A DNA stretch of 64,000 nt from Aeromicrobium sp. Its GTDB lineage: Bacteria; Actinomycetota; Actinomycetes; Propionibacteriales; Nocardioidaceae. The translations under genes and the position numbers were made by a program. The notes beneath the pieces are model-generated. The model was not told the origin of the DNA. It ran no database searches and saw only the letters and a list, made by a program, of their open reading frames with translations. The DNA lies in contig DAONBX010000010.1 of assembly GCA_035401705.1 (NCBI GenBank), positions 34 to 64,033 of the forward strand, written 5' to 3'. Of this stretch, positions 1 through 9,157 are shown piece after piece (the first letter of the stretch is position 1; every line of letters begins with the position of its first letter).

Positions 1-718
1 CGAGGCACCCACGACCCACGACTACGCCATCGCAGCCAGTCTGCTCGACCATCGCGAGCGCATCGCCGGCTTCCCAGATGTCACCGTTGCCCAAAACCGG
101 AATGGTGACGGCCGACTTCAGTTCACCGATTGCCGACCAGTCGGCTTGGCCGCTGTAGTGCTGAGCCGCCGTCCGACCGTGCAGGGCGATCGCAGCACAA
201 CCGGTGTCTTCGGCGATCCGGCCCGCATCCAAGAACGTCAGATGGTCGTCGTCGATACCCTTGCGAGTCTTGATTGTCACCGGCACGTCGTATGGCGCGG
301 CCGCCTTCACTGCTGCGGCGAGGATTTCGCCGAGCAGCGTCGCCTTCCATGGCAACGCCGATCCGCCGCCCTTTCGGGTGATTTTCGGTACCGGGCAACC
401 GAAGTTGAGGTCTACGTGATTCACCCCGTGCTCGTCGCACAGGATCGAAACCGCCTCGCCGATGGTCTGCGGGTCGATGCCGTAAAGCTGGACGGACTTA
501 ACCTTCTCGCCTTCGGCGAAACTCAGCATCGACAGGCTTGTTCTGTCCCGCTCGACGAGTCCGCGGCTAGTGATCATTTCGCAGACGTAGAGTCCGGCGC
601 CCTGTTCGGCGCACAGTCGCCGAAACGCCACGTTCGTGACACCGGCCATTGGCGCAAGTACGACCGGAACGTCCACTCTTACGTTCCCAAGAGTCAAGCC
701 GTCGGTCAGGGCAACCAT
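1..718 (-). CDS. dus: tRNA-dihydrouridine synthase (partial; C-terminus lies beyond the left window edge)
   Basis: Absent from the ORF track because it runs off the edge. Manual minus-strand translation from the ATG at 716-718 gives MVALTDGLTLGNVRVDVPVVLAPMAGVTNVAFRRLC...VNHVDLNFGCPVPKITRKGGGSALPWK...IALHGRTAAQHYSGQADW, which are typical Dus FMN/TIM-barrel motifs. Confidence 0.85.
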   Translation of the reverse strand, partial: MVALTDGLTLGNVRVDVPVVLAPMAGVTNVAFRRLCAEQGAGLYVCEMITSRGLVERDRTSLSMLSFAEGEKVKSVQLYGIDPQTIGEAVSILCDEHGVNHVDLNFGCPVPKITRKGGGSALPWKATLLGEILAAAVKAAAPYDVPVTIKTRKGIDDDHLTFLDAGRIAEDTGCAAIALHGRTAAQHYSGQADWSAIGELKSAVTIPVLGNGDIWEAGDALAMVEQTGCDGVVVGRGCL

Positions 719-1260
719 CGAACCGCAGTGGCCTCTTCATTTGGCTGGAAGTCGACCGACTTCACGAAGGACTTTGCCGGGACCAAAAATAGGAGGCAGC
801 CCTCTGCCGAGGCGCCCGCCGGAATCACCGAAGTTAGTTTCGGAGCGCGGCAGGGCTTGAACCTAGCCGGAGCCGTGCTCGGCGGAACCTGAGTGTTCCC
901 CGAAACGCGCAACCACCATGGCAGGCCTTCGCCGCTATCGACTGCGGCCGGACCGCGGTTACCGATCACGACTTGGACGTAATAGGCGTCTTTGTCATCG
1001 GGCACGGAGTACATCTCTAGGTCTCCTGGCCCCGCGGGAGCGACGGACTTGACCTGTAGAGACAGGGCCGCGGTTGGCTTGCCTTCAGGGAAGGCAACCA
1101 AGGCGGTTGCACCGTACTTCAGTTCAGTGCCGGGCTGAGTAATTTGTCCGCCACCAGGTACGTCGAACTCGACCTTCGCCGGTCCGTCGTCAGACTTTGA
1201 GCAGGCGGCCAAGGCCAAGACTGCGGTCATGGCCACAAGAACCTTGCTTGCCGGACCCAT
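706..1260 (-). CDS. hypothetical secreted lipoprotein (beta-rich, two Cys)
   Basis: N-terminal signal peptide with lipobox (VLALAAC-SKS). The start overlaps the glyQS stop by 1 nt and the 3' end overlaps the dus start by 13 nt. No recognisable catalytic motif. Confidence 0.6.
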   Translation of the reverse strand: MGPASKVLVAMTAVLALAACSKSDDGPAKVEFDVPGGGQITQPGTELKYGATALVAFPEGKPTAALSLQVKSVAPAGPGDLEMYSVPDDKDAYYVQVVIGNRGPAAVDSGEGLPWWLRVSGNTQVPPSTAPARFKPCRAPKLTSVIPAGASAEGCLLFLVPAKSFVKSVDFQPNEEATAVRWLP

Positions 1261-2645
1261 CAGCAGCCAACCAATCGGCTGGCCAAATAGCCGGTGACCT
1301 GATCGAGGGCGATCCGCTCCTGCGACATCGAGTCGCGTTCACGAATCGTGACGGCCTGATCGTCGAGCGTGTCGAAGTCCACGGTGATGCAGTACGGCGT
1401 ACCAATTTCGTCTTGGCGCCGGTAGCGCTTGCCGATCGCTTGCGCGTCGTCGAACTCGATGTTCCAGTTCTTTCGCAACTCCGCGGCCAGGTCGCGCGCC
1501 TTCGGCGACAAGTCCTCGTTGCGCGACAGCGGCAGCACCGCAGCCTTCACCGGTGAAAGCCGCGGATCCAACTTGAGCACGGTGCGCTTGTCGACTCCGC
1601 CCTTGGTGTTGGGCGCCTCGTCTTCGGAGTAGGCGTCGACCAAGAAAGCCATCAACGAGCGGTTAACGCCGGCCGCCGGTTCGATTACGTAGGGAGTCCA
1701 ACGCTCGTTGTTCGCCTGATCGAAGTACGACAGATCTTGACCGGAGTGTTCGCTGTGCGTGGTCAGGTCGAAGTCGGTGCGGTTGGCGACGCCCTCGAGT
1801 TCGCCGAATTGCGAGCCAGCAAAACCAAACCGGTATTCGATGTCGACGGTCCGCTTCGAATAGTGCGAAAGCTTTTCTTGGGCGTGTTCGTAAAGGCGCA
1901 GGTTGTCTGGATTGACGCCCAAATCGATGTACCACTGAAGTCGAGTGTCGATCCAGTATTGGTGCCATTGCTCGTCTTCACCAGGCTTGACGAAGAACTC
2001 CATCTCCATCTGCTCGAACTCGCGCGTGCGGAAAATAAAGTTGCCCGGCGTGATCTCGTTGCGGAAACTCTTGCCGATTTGGCCGATGCCAAAAGGAGGC
2101 TTCTTGCGCGAGGAGGTCATCACTTGAGAGAAGTTGACGAAGATGCCTTGCGCGGTTTCGGGACGTAGGTAGTGCAGTCCCTCTTCTGACTCGACCGGAC
2201 CGAGGAAGGTCTTGAGTAGTCCGTTGAACATCCGCGGTTCGGTCCACTCGCCCCGGGTGCCGCAATTGGCGCAAACCAGCAGCGACATCTCGACCACGTC
2301 AGGGTCGTCGAGTTTGTGCTTTTCGGCGTAGGCCTCTTGCAGGTGGTCTTGGCGGTAGCGCTTGTGGCACTGCAGGCATTCGACCAGTGGGTCAACAAAA
2401 GCGGCCAAGTGTCCGGAGGCCTGCCAGACCGAAGTTGGCAAAATCACCGATGAGTCTAGGCCGACTACGTCGTCGCGGCTTTGCACCATCGACTTCCACC
2501 ACTGGCGTTTGACGTTGTCCTTCAACTCGACACCGAGCGGGCCGTAATCCCACGCGGAACGGGTGCCGCCGTAGATTTCGCCACATTGATAGACGAAGCC
2601 GCGGCGCTTACAAAGGTTGATGACGTTATCTAGGACGGAAGCCAT
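1260..2645 (-). CDS. glyQS: glycine--tRNA ligase (class II, homodimeric type)
   Basis: [50 protein letters not shown] is the canonical GlyRS N-terminus. I chose the ATG at 2645 rather than the upstream ORF-track start at 2735. Confidence 0.93.
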   Translation of the reverse strand: MASVLDNVINLCKRRGFVYQCGEIYGGTRSAWDYGPLGVELKDNVKRQWWKSMVQSRDDVVGLDSSVILPTSVWQASGHLAAFVDPLVECLQCHKRYRQDHLQEAYAEKHKLDDPDVVEMSLLVCANCGTRGEWTEPRMFNGLLKTFLGPVESEEGLHYLRPETAQGIFVNFSQVMTSSRKKPPFGIGQIGKSFRNEITPGNFIFRTREFEQMEMEFFVKPGEDEQWHQYWIDTRLQWYIDLGVNPDNLRLYEHAQEKLSHYSKRTVDIEYRFGFAGSQFGELEGVANRTDFDLTTHSEHSGQDLSYFDQANNERWTPYVIEPAAGVNRSLMAFLVDAYSEDEAPNTKGGVDKRTVLKLDPRLSPVKAAVLPLSRNEDLSPKARDLAAELRKNWNIEFDDAQAIGKRYRRQDEIGTPYCITVDFDTLDDQAVTIRERDSMSQERIALDQVTGYLASRLVGC

Positions 2646-2751
2646 TTTATTTCCTATTCCGGCTGGGTGTCGGGAGGTCAAATAGCCACAATACTCGGTT
2701 TGGTCTGCGGCTAGCGTCACCGGACGACTTGACAACCGTTCTCAAGTTAGT

Positions 2752-2766
2752 TGAGAATGATTGTCA
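2752..2766 (+). promoter_or_regulatory. candidate Zur box overlapping the znuA promoter -10 region
   Basis: TGAGAATGATTGTCA is an imperfect palindrome (TGAnAATnATTnTCA) matching 13/15 positions of the actinobacterial Zur operator core TGAAAATGATTTTCA. TTGACA at 2729-2734 lies 17-18 nt upstream of TGAGAAT. The znuA ATG at 2766 follows about 7 nt after the -10. Confidence 0.65.
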
Positions 2767-3692
2767 TGAAGATTAAGCGCCCCGCCGTCTGGCTCGCCGC
2801 CATCATTGCTGCCGCCTCGCTAACGTCCTGCTCGACCACGGATAACGCTGACGGCAACAGCAAACCGACCGTCATCGCGTCGTTCTATCCAGCCCAATTC
2901 TTGGCCGAACGTATCGGCGGCTCGACGGTTCAACTCTCGACGCTGACCTCCCCCGGTGTCGAAGCCCACGATCTTGAACTCACCGCAAAACAAGTCGTAG
3001 CCCTGAGCGAAGCGGACGTAGTCGTCTATTTGTCCGACTTCCAGTCAGCGGTCGATCATGCGATTGAAGAAACCACTAATGAAACTCTCACCCTGGTCGA
3101 CATCGGCGCAGGCGTTGAGCGTGAACACGAAGAACATGACCATGAAGACGACGGCCACGATCATGACGGCGATCCGCACATTTGGCTTGCGCCGGAGAAT
3201 ATGATCACCGCAGCCGAGTCCGTACGCGATGCGCTGATCGAGGCAAACCCCGACGAAAAATCGCTCTATGAGGCGAACGCAGCGCGGCTCGTGACTGAAC
3301 TCGAAGAGTTGGATAACGCTTTTGAAGTCGGCCTTGAAGACGCCCAGTGCGAACGACGCGAGTTCATCACTTCACACGCCGCCTTCGGGCACCTTGCCCA
3401 GGCCTATGACCTGACTCAGATTCCGATCAGCGGAATCGATCCGCAAAGCGAACCAAGTGTGGCCGCCCTCGCCGAAATCACCGACCTAGTCACTGCCGAG
3501 GGTTTCACCACCGTCTTCACCGAGCCACTGTCCTCGCCCGCCTTGGCCAAAACCATCGCCCGCCAAACCGGCGCAAAGACCGCCGTACTCGATCCGATCG
3601 AGGGCCTAACCGATGAAACCGCTGATGAGGACTATCTTTCCCTCATGGGACAGAACTTGGCTGCGTTGACGGCGGCGAACGGCTGCAAATGA
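2766..3692 (+). CDS. znuA: zinc ABC transporter substrate-binding lipoprotein (ZnuA/TroA family)
   Basis: Lipobox LTSC-S and a His/Asp-rich loop EHEEHDHEDDGHDHDGDPH typical of ZnuA. The stop overlaps the znuC ATG (ATGA). The ORF track opens at 2751 (TTG); the ATG at 2766 (MKIKRP) is preferred. Confidence 0.88.
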   Translation: MKIKRPAVWLAAIIAAASLTSCSTTDNADGNSKPTVIASFYPAQFLAERIGGSTVQLSTLTSPGVEAHDLELTAKQVVALSEADVVVYLSDFQSAVDHAIEETTNETLTLVDIGAGVEREHEEHDHEDDGHDHDGDPHIWLAPENMITAAESVRDALIEANPDEKSLYEANAARLVTELEELDNAFEVGLEDAQCERREFITSHAAFGHLAQAYDLTQIPISGIDPQSEPSVAALAEITDLVTAEGFTTVFTEPLSSPALAKTIARQTGAKTAVLDPIEGLTDETADEDYLSLMGQNLAALTAANGCK

Positions 3693-4453
3693 CAAAACCG
3701 GTAGTTGATGCGCGCGCAGTAACCGTTGCCCTAGATGGGACAGCGGTGCTGCGCGGTATCGATTTGGTGGTCAACGCCGGTGAATTTGTCGCGATTTTGG
3801 GAGCTAACGGCTCCGGCAAATCGACGCTAGTTAGGGCGTTGGTCGGCCTAGTCCCCCACGGTGGCTCGATCAGACTGTTCGGTACCGAATTGAGTCACTT
3901 TCGCGATCATCATCGCCTCGGTTATATGGCCCAGCGCCCAGACATTTCCTCGGGCGTGCCAGCGACAGTCACCGAAGTCGTCCTCAGCGGCGCACTGTCG
4001 AGACGGCCATTCTTGGGCTGGCCCAGTCGCACCGACCGGGCCGCCGGCGCCGACCTAATCACTCGGGTCGGCATGGAACGGCACGCCCACCGGCCGATCG
4101 CGAACCTCTCAGGCGGGCAACAGCAGCGCGTCCACATCGCTCGAGCGTTGATTACCGAACCGGACCTGGTCGTGATGGATGAGCCGACTGCTGGTGTAGA
4201 TGCCGAAAGCGCCGCGGTCTTTGCCGACCTGCTGGCCGAACTGCGCGAACGTGGAACCGCCATCGTGATGGTGGCTCACGAACTCGGCCCGCTCGGCGTT
4301 CTCGTTGATCGCGCAGTCCATATTGTTGACGGACTAGTCGAATACGACGGTCCCGCCACCGGCCCGGGCACCCACGATCACGCCCATGACCACAGCCATA
4401 CGAGTGAGCCGAGCAGGCCCAACCCGGTACCTATCGAGGGGCCGCTGCCATGA
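3689..4453 (+). CDS. znuC: zinc ABC transporter ATP-binding protein
   Basis: Walker A GANGSGKST, ABC signature LSGGQQQR and Walker B LVVMDEP. His-rich C-terminal tail (HDHAHDHSH). Confidence 0.9.
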   Translation: MTKPVVDARAVTVALDGTAVLRGIDLVVNAGEFVAILGANGSGKSTLVRALVGLVPHGGSIRLFGTELSHFRDHHRLGYMAQRPDISSGVPATVTEVVLSGALSRRPFLGWPSRTDRAAGADLITRVGMERHAHRPIANLSGGQQQRVHIARALITEPDLVVMDEPTAGVDAESAAVFADLLAELRERGTAIVMVAHELGPLGVLVDRAVHIVDGLVEYDGPATGPGTHDHAHDHSHTSEPSRPNPVPIEGPLP

Positions 4454-5280
4454 GCGTCCTTTCGTACCAATTCATGCAATACGCGCTCATCGCCGCGATC
4501 ATCACCGGTCTGAGCGCTCCGGCCATCGGCACTTTCATCGTGCAGCGCCGACTCGCACTACTGGGTGATGGGCTAGGCCACGTAGCCCTAACCGGGGTCG
4601 CTTTGGGTCTGCTAACTGGCGTGGCCCCACTGACGACAGCAATCATCGTCGCCATCGGCGGCGCGATTTTGATCGAAGTCCTGCGTGCATACGGGCGAAC
4701 CAGCGGCGACCTCGCCTTAGCGATGCTTTTTTATGGCGGCATTGCCGGGGGTGTTCTGCTCACTAATCTGGCCGGTGAATCGGCCGCAACCTTGAACCAG
4801 TACCTATTCGGCTCGATCATCACCATGAGCAGAGCTGATCTGACAATTGTCGTTGCCCTTGGCGTCGTGGTCGTGGCTCTTTCACTGATTTTTCGCCCGC
4901 AGTTTTTCGCCGTGTGCCAAGACGAGGCGCACGCCAAGGTGATGGGGATTCGGGTTCAACTCTTCGGCATCCTGATCGCCGTGTTGGCGGCCGTCACCAT
5001 CACGGTGGCGATGCGCACAGTCGGTTTGCTGTTGGTTTCGGCGCTCATGGTCGTGCCCGTTGCCGCAGCCCAACAGTTGTCGCGAAGTTTCAAGTCAACC
5101 CACTTTGCCGCCATGGCAATCGGCTTGTTCGCTGCCGTGACCGGCCTGCTCACCAGTTATCAGATCGACGCCCAACCGGGGCCGACGATCGTCATCATCG
5201 CGCTGGTCGTTTTCGTTCTCGCGGCGCTGACTCGTGCGCTGCTTCGCCCAACTTCCACCCAGGAGGCCAAGAATGGTTGA
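4450..5280 (+). CDS. znuB: zinc ABC transporter permease
   Basis: Polytopic membrane protein of the ABC-3 (ZnuB/TroCD) type. ATGA overlap with znuC. Confidence 0.88.
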   Translation: MSVLSYQFMQYALIAAIITGLSAPAIGTFIVQRRLALLGDGLGHVALTGVALGLLTGVAPLTTAIIVAIGGAILIEVLRAYGRTSGDLALAMLFYGGIAGGVLLTNLAGESAATLNQYLFGSIITMSRADLTIVVALGVVVVALSLIFRPQFFAVCQDEAHAKVMGIRVQLFGILIAVLAAVTITVAMRTVGLLLVSALMVVPVAAAQQLSRSFKSTHFAAMAIGLFAAVTGLLTSYQIDAQPGPTIVIIALVVFVLAALTRALLRPTSTQEAKNG

Positions 5281-5674
5281 GGCTCCCCGAAGCACCCGCC
5301 AACGCCGGGCGGTAAGCGCCCTAATCGCCGATCTGGACGGTTTCAGTTCGGCACAACAAATCCACGCTCGACTCGTGGCCGAAGGTGAGACCGTCGGGCT
5401 TTCGACTGTCTATCGCACGCTCCAAGCACTAGCCGACAGCGGCGAAGTTGATGCCCTGCGGGCCGACGACGGTGAGACGCTTTATCGAAACTGCAGTCGC
5501 GGCCACCACCATCACCTAGTCTGCCGCTCCTGCGCCCGCACGGTAGAAGTCGAAGGCCCAGTAGTCGAACAATGGGCCGACCGAATTGCGGCCGAGAACG
5601 ACTTCACCGACGTCTCGCACACGCTTGAAATTTTCGGCACCTGTGGCAGTTGCCGGACCGGAGTTGGCAGTTGA
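5273..5674 (+). CDS. zur: Fur-family zinc uptake regulator
   Basis: Winged-helix region STVYRTLQALADSG, then HHHHLVCRSC and C-terminal CGSC metal sites. Last gene of the znu operon, with the ATG at 5273 overlapping the znuB 3' end. Confidence 0.85.
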   Translation: MVEAPRSTRQRRAVSALIADLDGFSSAQQIHARLVAEGETVGLSTVYRTLQALADSGEVDALRADDGETLYRNCSRGHHHHLVCRSCARTVEVEGPVVEQWADRIAAENDFTDVSHTLEIFGTCGSCRTGVGS

Positions 5675-6102
5675 TCGTCGTGCGGCCAGCACCGGACCTG
5701 ACGGTGGCTGAACTATATGAAGTCTGGCGTATCCGCGATGTCGTATTCGCCGTCGAACAGCGCTGCGACGAGGCTGACGTAGACGACGTAGATTTGCGTG
5801 ACGATTGCACGCATCTTTGGATCGCTGAGCAGACCGGTCGGTTCAAGACGTACCTGCGCACGTATCTCAGTGATGGGGTTCGGCGAGTTGGCCGGGTCGC
5901 GACCGCAAAGGATGCGCGTGGCCAGGGACTAGCTGGTGAACTGCTTTGCGAAGTGCTCCGGCTTTGGGGCGAAGACGAAATCGCCTTGAACGCCCAAGCC
6001 CACCTACGCGACTGGTACGCCGGTTTTGGCTTTGCAGTCAGCGGCCCGAACTTCGTCGAAGCCGGCATCGATCATGTGCCGATGCGGCGCCCCGCTAGTT
6101 GA
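5650..6102 (+). CDS. GNAT family N-acetyltransferase (ElaA-like)
   Basis: LTVAELYEVWRIRDVVFAVEQRC...D.D..D matches the ElaA N-terminal pattern. The acetyl-CoA motif region is RGQGLAGELL. Confidence 0.75.
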   Translation: MPDRSWQLIVVRPAPDLTVAELYEVWRIRDVVFAVEQRCDEADVDDVDLRDDCTHLWIAEQTGRFKTYLRTYLSDGVRRVGRVATAKDARGQGLAGELLCEVLRLWGEDEIALNAQAHLRDWYAGFGFAVSGPNFVEAGIDHVPMRRPAS

Positions 6103-7690
6103 TCTCTTCGACCTGATGGGCTCGGAGTCCAAAAGTGAGCGCATCAACCAGCGCCTCGAATGAGGCTTCGATCATGTTCGGGCCGACCCCGACCGTAACC
6201 CATGAGCTCTTGCCATCGGTGGTCTCGATCAGCACGCGAGTAACCGCGTCCGTGCCGTGCCCTTGGTCCAAGATCCGGATCCTAAAGTCGATCAGGTGGA
6301 ACTGGGCAACATCTGGGTAGATCTGTTCGATCGCTTGGCGGAGCGCATGATCTAGGGCGTTGACTGGGCCATTGCCTTCACCGACAACTGCCAGCCGAGT
6401 GCCGCCGGCAACAACCTTGACGATTGCTTCAGCGTCACTCTCGCTGGCAATCACTCGCCAACTTTCGACATCGAAATACTGTGGTCGGCTGCCGGTGACT
6501 TCCTCGATCAGCAGCAATTCAAACGACGCATCGGCCGCCTCGAAGGTGTAGCCCTCCTGCTCCATCGACTTGACCTTGTCGGTGATGCGGGTGAGCCGCT
6601 CGGCATCGCCGGACAAGTCGAAGCCAAGTTCGCGGCCCTTGAGTTCGATCGTGGCGCGACCGGCCATCTCTGAAACGAGCAGTCGCATGTCGTTGCCGAC
6701 CAATGCCGGATCCATGTGCTGGTACAGATCTGGATCGACGCGGATCGCGCTGGCGTGCAGTCCGGCTTTGTGCGCGAACGCTGAAACGCCGGTGTACGGC
6801 TGACGTGCGACCGGCGGGTAGTTGGTGATCTCACTGATCGCATGGGAGATCCTGGTGGCGTCGGCCAACGAATCGGTCGGCATTACTTCCATGCCCAGTT
6901 TGAACTCCAAGTTGGCCACCGTGGTGACCAAGTCAGCATTTCCGGTGCGCTCGCCGTAGCCGTTGATGCATCCCTGCAGATGAGTCGCGCCGGCCCGGAC
7001 GGCTTCGATCGAGTTGGCGACCGCGCAACCGGTGTCGTTATGGGCGTGGATTCCTAGGCGCGCGCCGGTCTCGGCCAGCACGTCAGCGACGATCTCACCC
7101 ACCTGATGTGGCAGCATCCCGCCGTTGGTGTCACACAGCACCGCTACTTCCGCGCCAGCGTCTACCGCCGCGCGAACAACCTCAAGGGAGTAGTCGCGAT
7201 TGTCGAGGTAGCCGTTGAAGAAATGCTCGCAGTCGACAAAAACGCGCTGACCTTCTTCGCGTAGGTGGGAAACCGAGTCGCGCACCATGGCGAGGTTCTC
7301 GGCCAAGGTGGTGCGAAGTGCCTTCTCAACATGCTGGTCGTGACTTTTGGCCACCAACGTGACCACCGATGCGCCCGACTCGCGCAAGGCGGCGATGAGC
7401 GGATCGTCAGCGGCGGCAACGTTTGCCCGGCGAGTTGCCCCGAAAGCAGCCAAGGTGGCATGGCGCAAATCTAGTTCTTTGGCCGCGAGCGCAAAAAACT
7501 CGGTGTCCTTCGGGTTAGAGCCTGGCCAACCCCCCTCGATATAGCCGACACCGAGATCGTCGAGGTGGCGAGCAATAGCAAGTTTGTCCTGCACCGAGAG
7601 GTTCAGACCCTCCTGCTGTGCCCCGTCTCGCATCGTCGTGTCGTAGACGTGGAAGTCAGCCGGGTCATGCTTGCCGAAATTGATGCTCAT
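6095..7690 (-). CDS. cimA: citramalate synthase (LeuA-related)
   Basis: YDTTMRDGAQQEGLNLSVQDKLAIARHLDDLGVGYIEGGWPGSNPKD plus HAHNDTG. Length 531 aa with a LeuA-dimer-like C-terminus, typical of actinobacterial CimA. Confidence 0.85.
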   Translation of the reverse strand: MSINFGKHDPADFHVYDTTMRDGAQQEGLNLSVQDKLAIARHLDDLGVGYIEGGWPGSNPKDTEFFALAAKELDLRHATLAAFGATRRANVAAADDPLIAALRESGASVVTLVAKSHDQHVEKALRTTLAENLAMVRDSVSHLREEGQRVFVDCEHFFNGYLDNRDYSLEVVRAAVDAGAEVAVLCDTNGGMLPHQVGEIVADVLAETGARLGIHAHNDTGCAVANSIEAVRAGATHLQGCINGYGERTGNADLVTTVANLEFKLGMEVMPTDSLADATRISHAISEITNYPPVARQPYTGVSAFAHKAGLHASAIRVDPDLYQHMDPALVGNDMRLLVSEMAGRATIELKGRELGFDLSGDAERLTRITDKVKSMEQEGYTFEAADASFELLLIEEVTGSRPQYFDVESWRVIASESDAEAIVKVVAGGTRLAVVGEGNGPVNALDHALRQAIEQIYPDVAQFHLIDFRIRILDQGHGTDAVTRVLIETTDGKSSWVTVGVGPNMIEASFEALVDALTFGLRAHQVEEIN

Positions 7691-7702
7691 AAGGGATTCA
7701 GC

Positions 7703-9139
7703 CTACACTCCGCCAGACCTATCACCGGCCTTGGGACCGAGGTGTGCCAGCGTCTCGGGCCGCAAGATTTTTTCCAACTCGTCTTTGGGCAGTAGGCCCT
7801 TTTCGAGCACCAGTTCGGCCACCCCGCGACCGGTAGCAAGAGCTTCCTTGGCCAACTCAGTCGCCACCTCGTAGCCCAGGTACGGGTTCAGTGCCGTGAC
7901 CAGCCCAACCGAACGAGCCACCTCGGCCGACATATGTTCAACGTTTGCGGTGATCCCCTTTACACAAAACTCGGTCAGCGAAATGATCGACATTCGCAAT
8001 CGGTACAACCCGGCGGCCAGCGAATAGCAAATCACCGGTTCAAACGCGTTCAACTGCAACTGCCCCGCCTCAGCGGCCATTGAAACCGTCACATCCAGCC
8101 CGATGATCTGGAACGCCACTTGGTTGACGACTTCGGGGATCACCGGATTTACCTTGCCGGGCATGATGCTCGAACCGGCCTGTCGCGCCGGCAAGTTAAT
8201 TTCGCCAAAGCCGGCGCGCGGGCCGGAGGAAAGTAGTCTCAGATCGTTGCAGATCTTCGAGAGTTTGACCGCTACCCGCTTGAGCACGCCTGACATCTGC
8301 ACGAACGAACCGCAGTCTTGAGTTGCCTCGATCAAGTCGATCGCGGTCCTTAGCGGCAGATCGGAGATTCGTGACAAGTGTGCGCAGGCCCTCGGTACGT
8401 AGCCTTCGGGCGCGTTGAGTTGGGTCCCGATTGCGGTCGCACCGAGATTGATTACGTGCAGCAGGTCCAACGCCTCATCCAGTCGCTTTCGATCGTCGGC
8501 GATCATCAGCGCGTAGGTGCGAAACTCTTGGCCTAGCGTCATCGGCACGGCGTCCTGAAGTTGGGTACGCCCCATCTTCAGCACATCGTGAAATTCTTCG
8601 GCCTTGGCTTCGAAAGCGAGTTGCAAACCGACCATCGCCTCGATCAGGTCGTTGGTCGCCAGCACGAGGGAGATTTTCACCGCGGTGGGATACACGTCAT
8701 TGGTCGACTGGCTGAGGTTCACCTGTTCGTTCGGATGAACCACAGAATAGTCGCCCAACTCGTAACCAAGAATCTCCAAGGCCCGGTTTGCGATTACTTC
8801 GTTCGCGTTCATGTTGGTCGAGGTGCCAGCGCCGCCTTGAATCACGTCCACGACGAATTGGTCACGCAGGCTCCCGGATCGGATTTCCTGACATGCCGAA
8901 ACGATCGCCTCATAGGGCTCATCGGGCAACAGGCCCAATTCGTGATTCGTTTCCGCGGCGGCCTCTTTGACCATGGCCAACGCCTCGGGCAGGTAGGGAA
9001 TGATCGCGATCGGCACATCGGTGATCGGGAAGTTCTCCAGTGCCCGCATGGTGTGGACACCCCAATAGACATCCGCTGGGACTTCACACTCGCCAAGCAG
9101 ATCGTGCTCGATTCGTACCGCCGGTGAATCAGTGCTCAT
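7703..9139 (-). CDS. aspA: aspartate ammonia-lyase
   Basis: Fumarate-lyase signature GSSIMPGKVNP. The N-terminus IEHDLLGECEVPADVYWGVHTMRALENF is typical of AspA. Confidence 0.88.
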   Translation of the reverse strand: MSTDSPAVRIEHDLLGECEVPADVYWGVHTMRALENFPITDVPIAIIPYLPEALAMVKEAAAETNHELGLLPDEPYEAIVSACQEIRSGSLRDQFVVDVIQGGAGTSTNMNANEVIANRALEILGYELGDYSVVHPNEQVNLSQSTNDVYPTAVKISLVLATNDLIEAMVGLQLAFEAKAEEFHDVLKMGRTQLQDAVPMTLGQEFRTYALMIADDRKRLDEALDLLHVINLGATAIGTQLNAPEGYVPRACAHLSRISDLPLRTAIDLIEATQDCGSFVQMSGVLKRVAVKLSKICNDLRLLSSGPRAGFGEINLPARQAGSSIMPGKVNPVIPEVVNQVAFQIIGLDVTVSMAAEAGQLQLNAFEPVICYSLAAGLYRLRMSIISLTEFCVKGITANVEHMSAEVARSVGLVTALNPYLGYEVATELAKEALATGRGVAELVLEKGLLPKDELEKILRPETLAHLGPKAGDRSGGV

Positions 9140-9157
9140 CGGGCCATCAAACCACCG

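Noticed and set aside
146-892. 248-aa plus-strand ORF (and nested ORFs at 204-419 and 636-860) at the left edge
   Set aside because: It lies antisense to a clearly recognisable dus coding sequence and to the lipoprotein gene. It is Arg/Gly/Ala-rich with no motifs, a typical high-GC shadow ORF.
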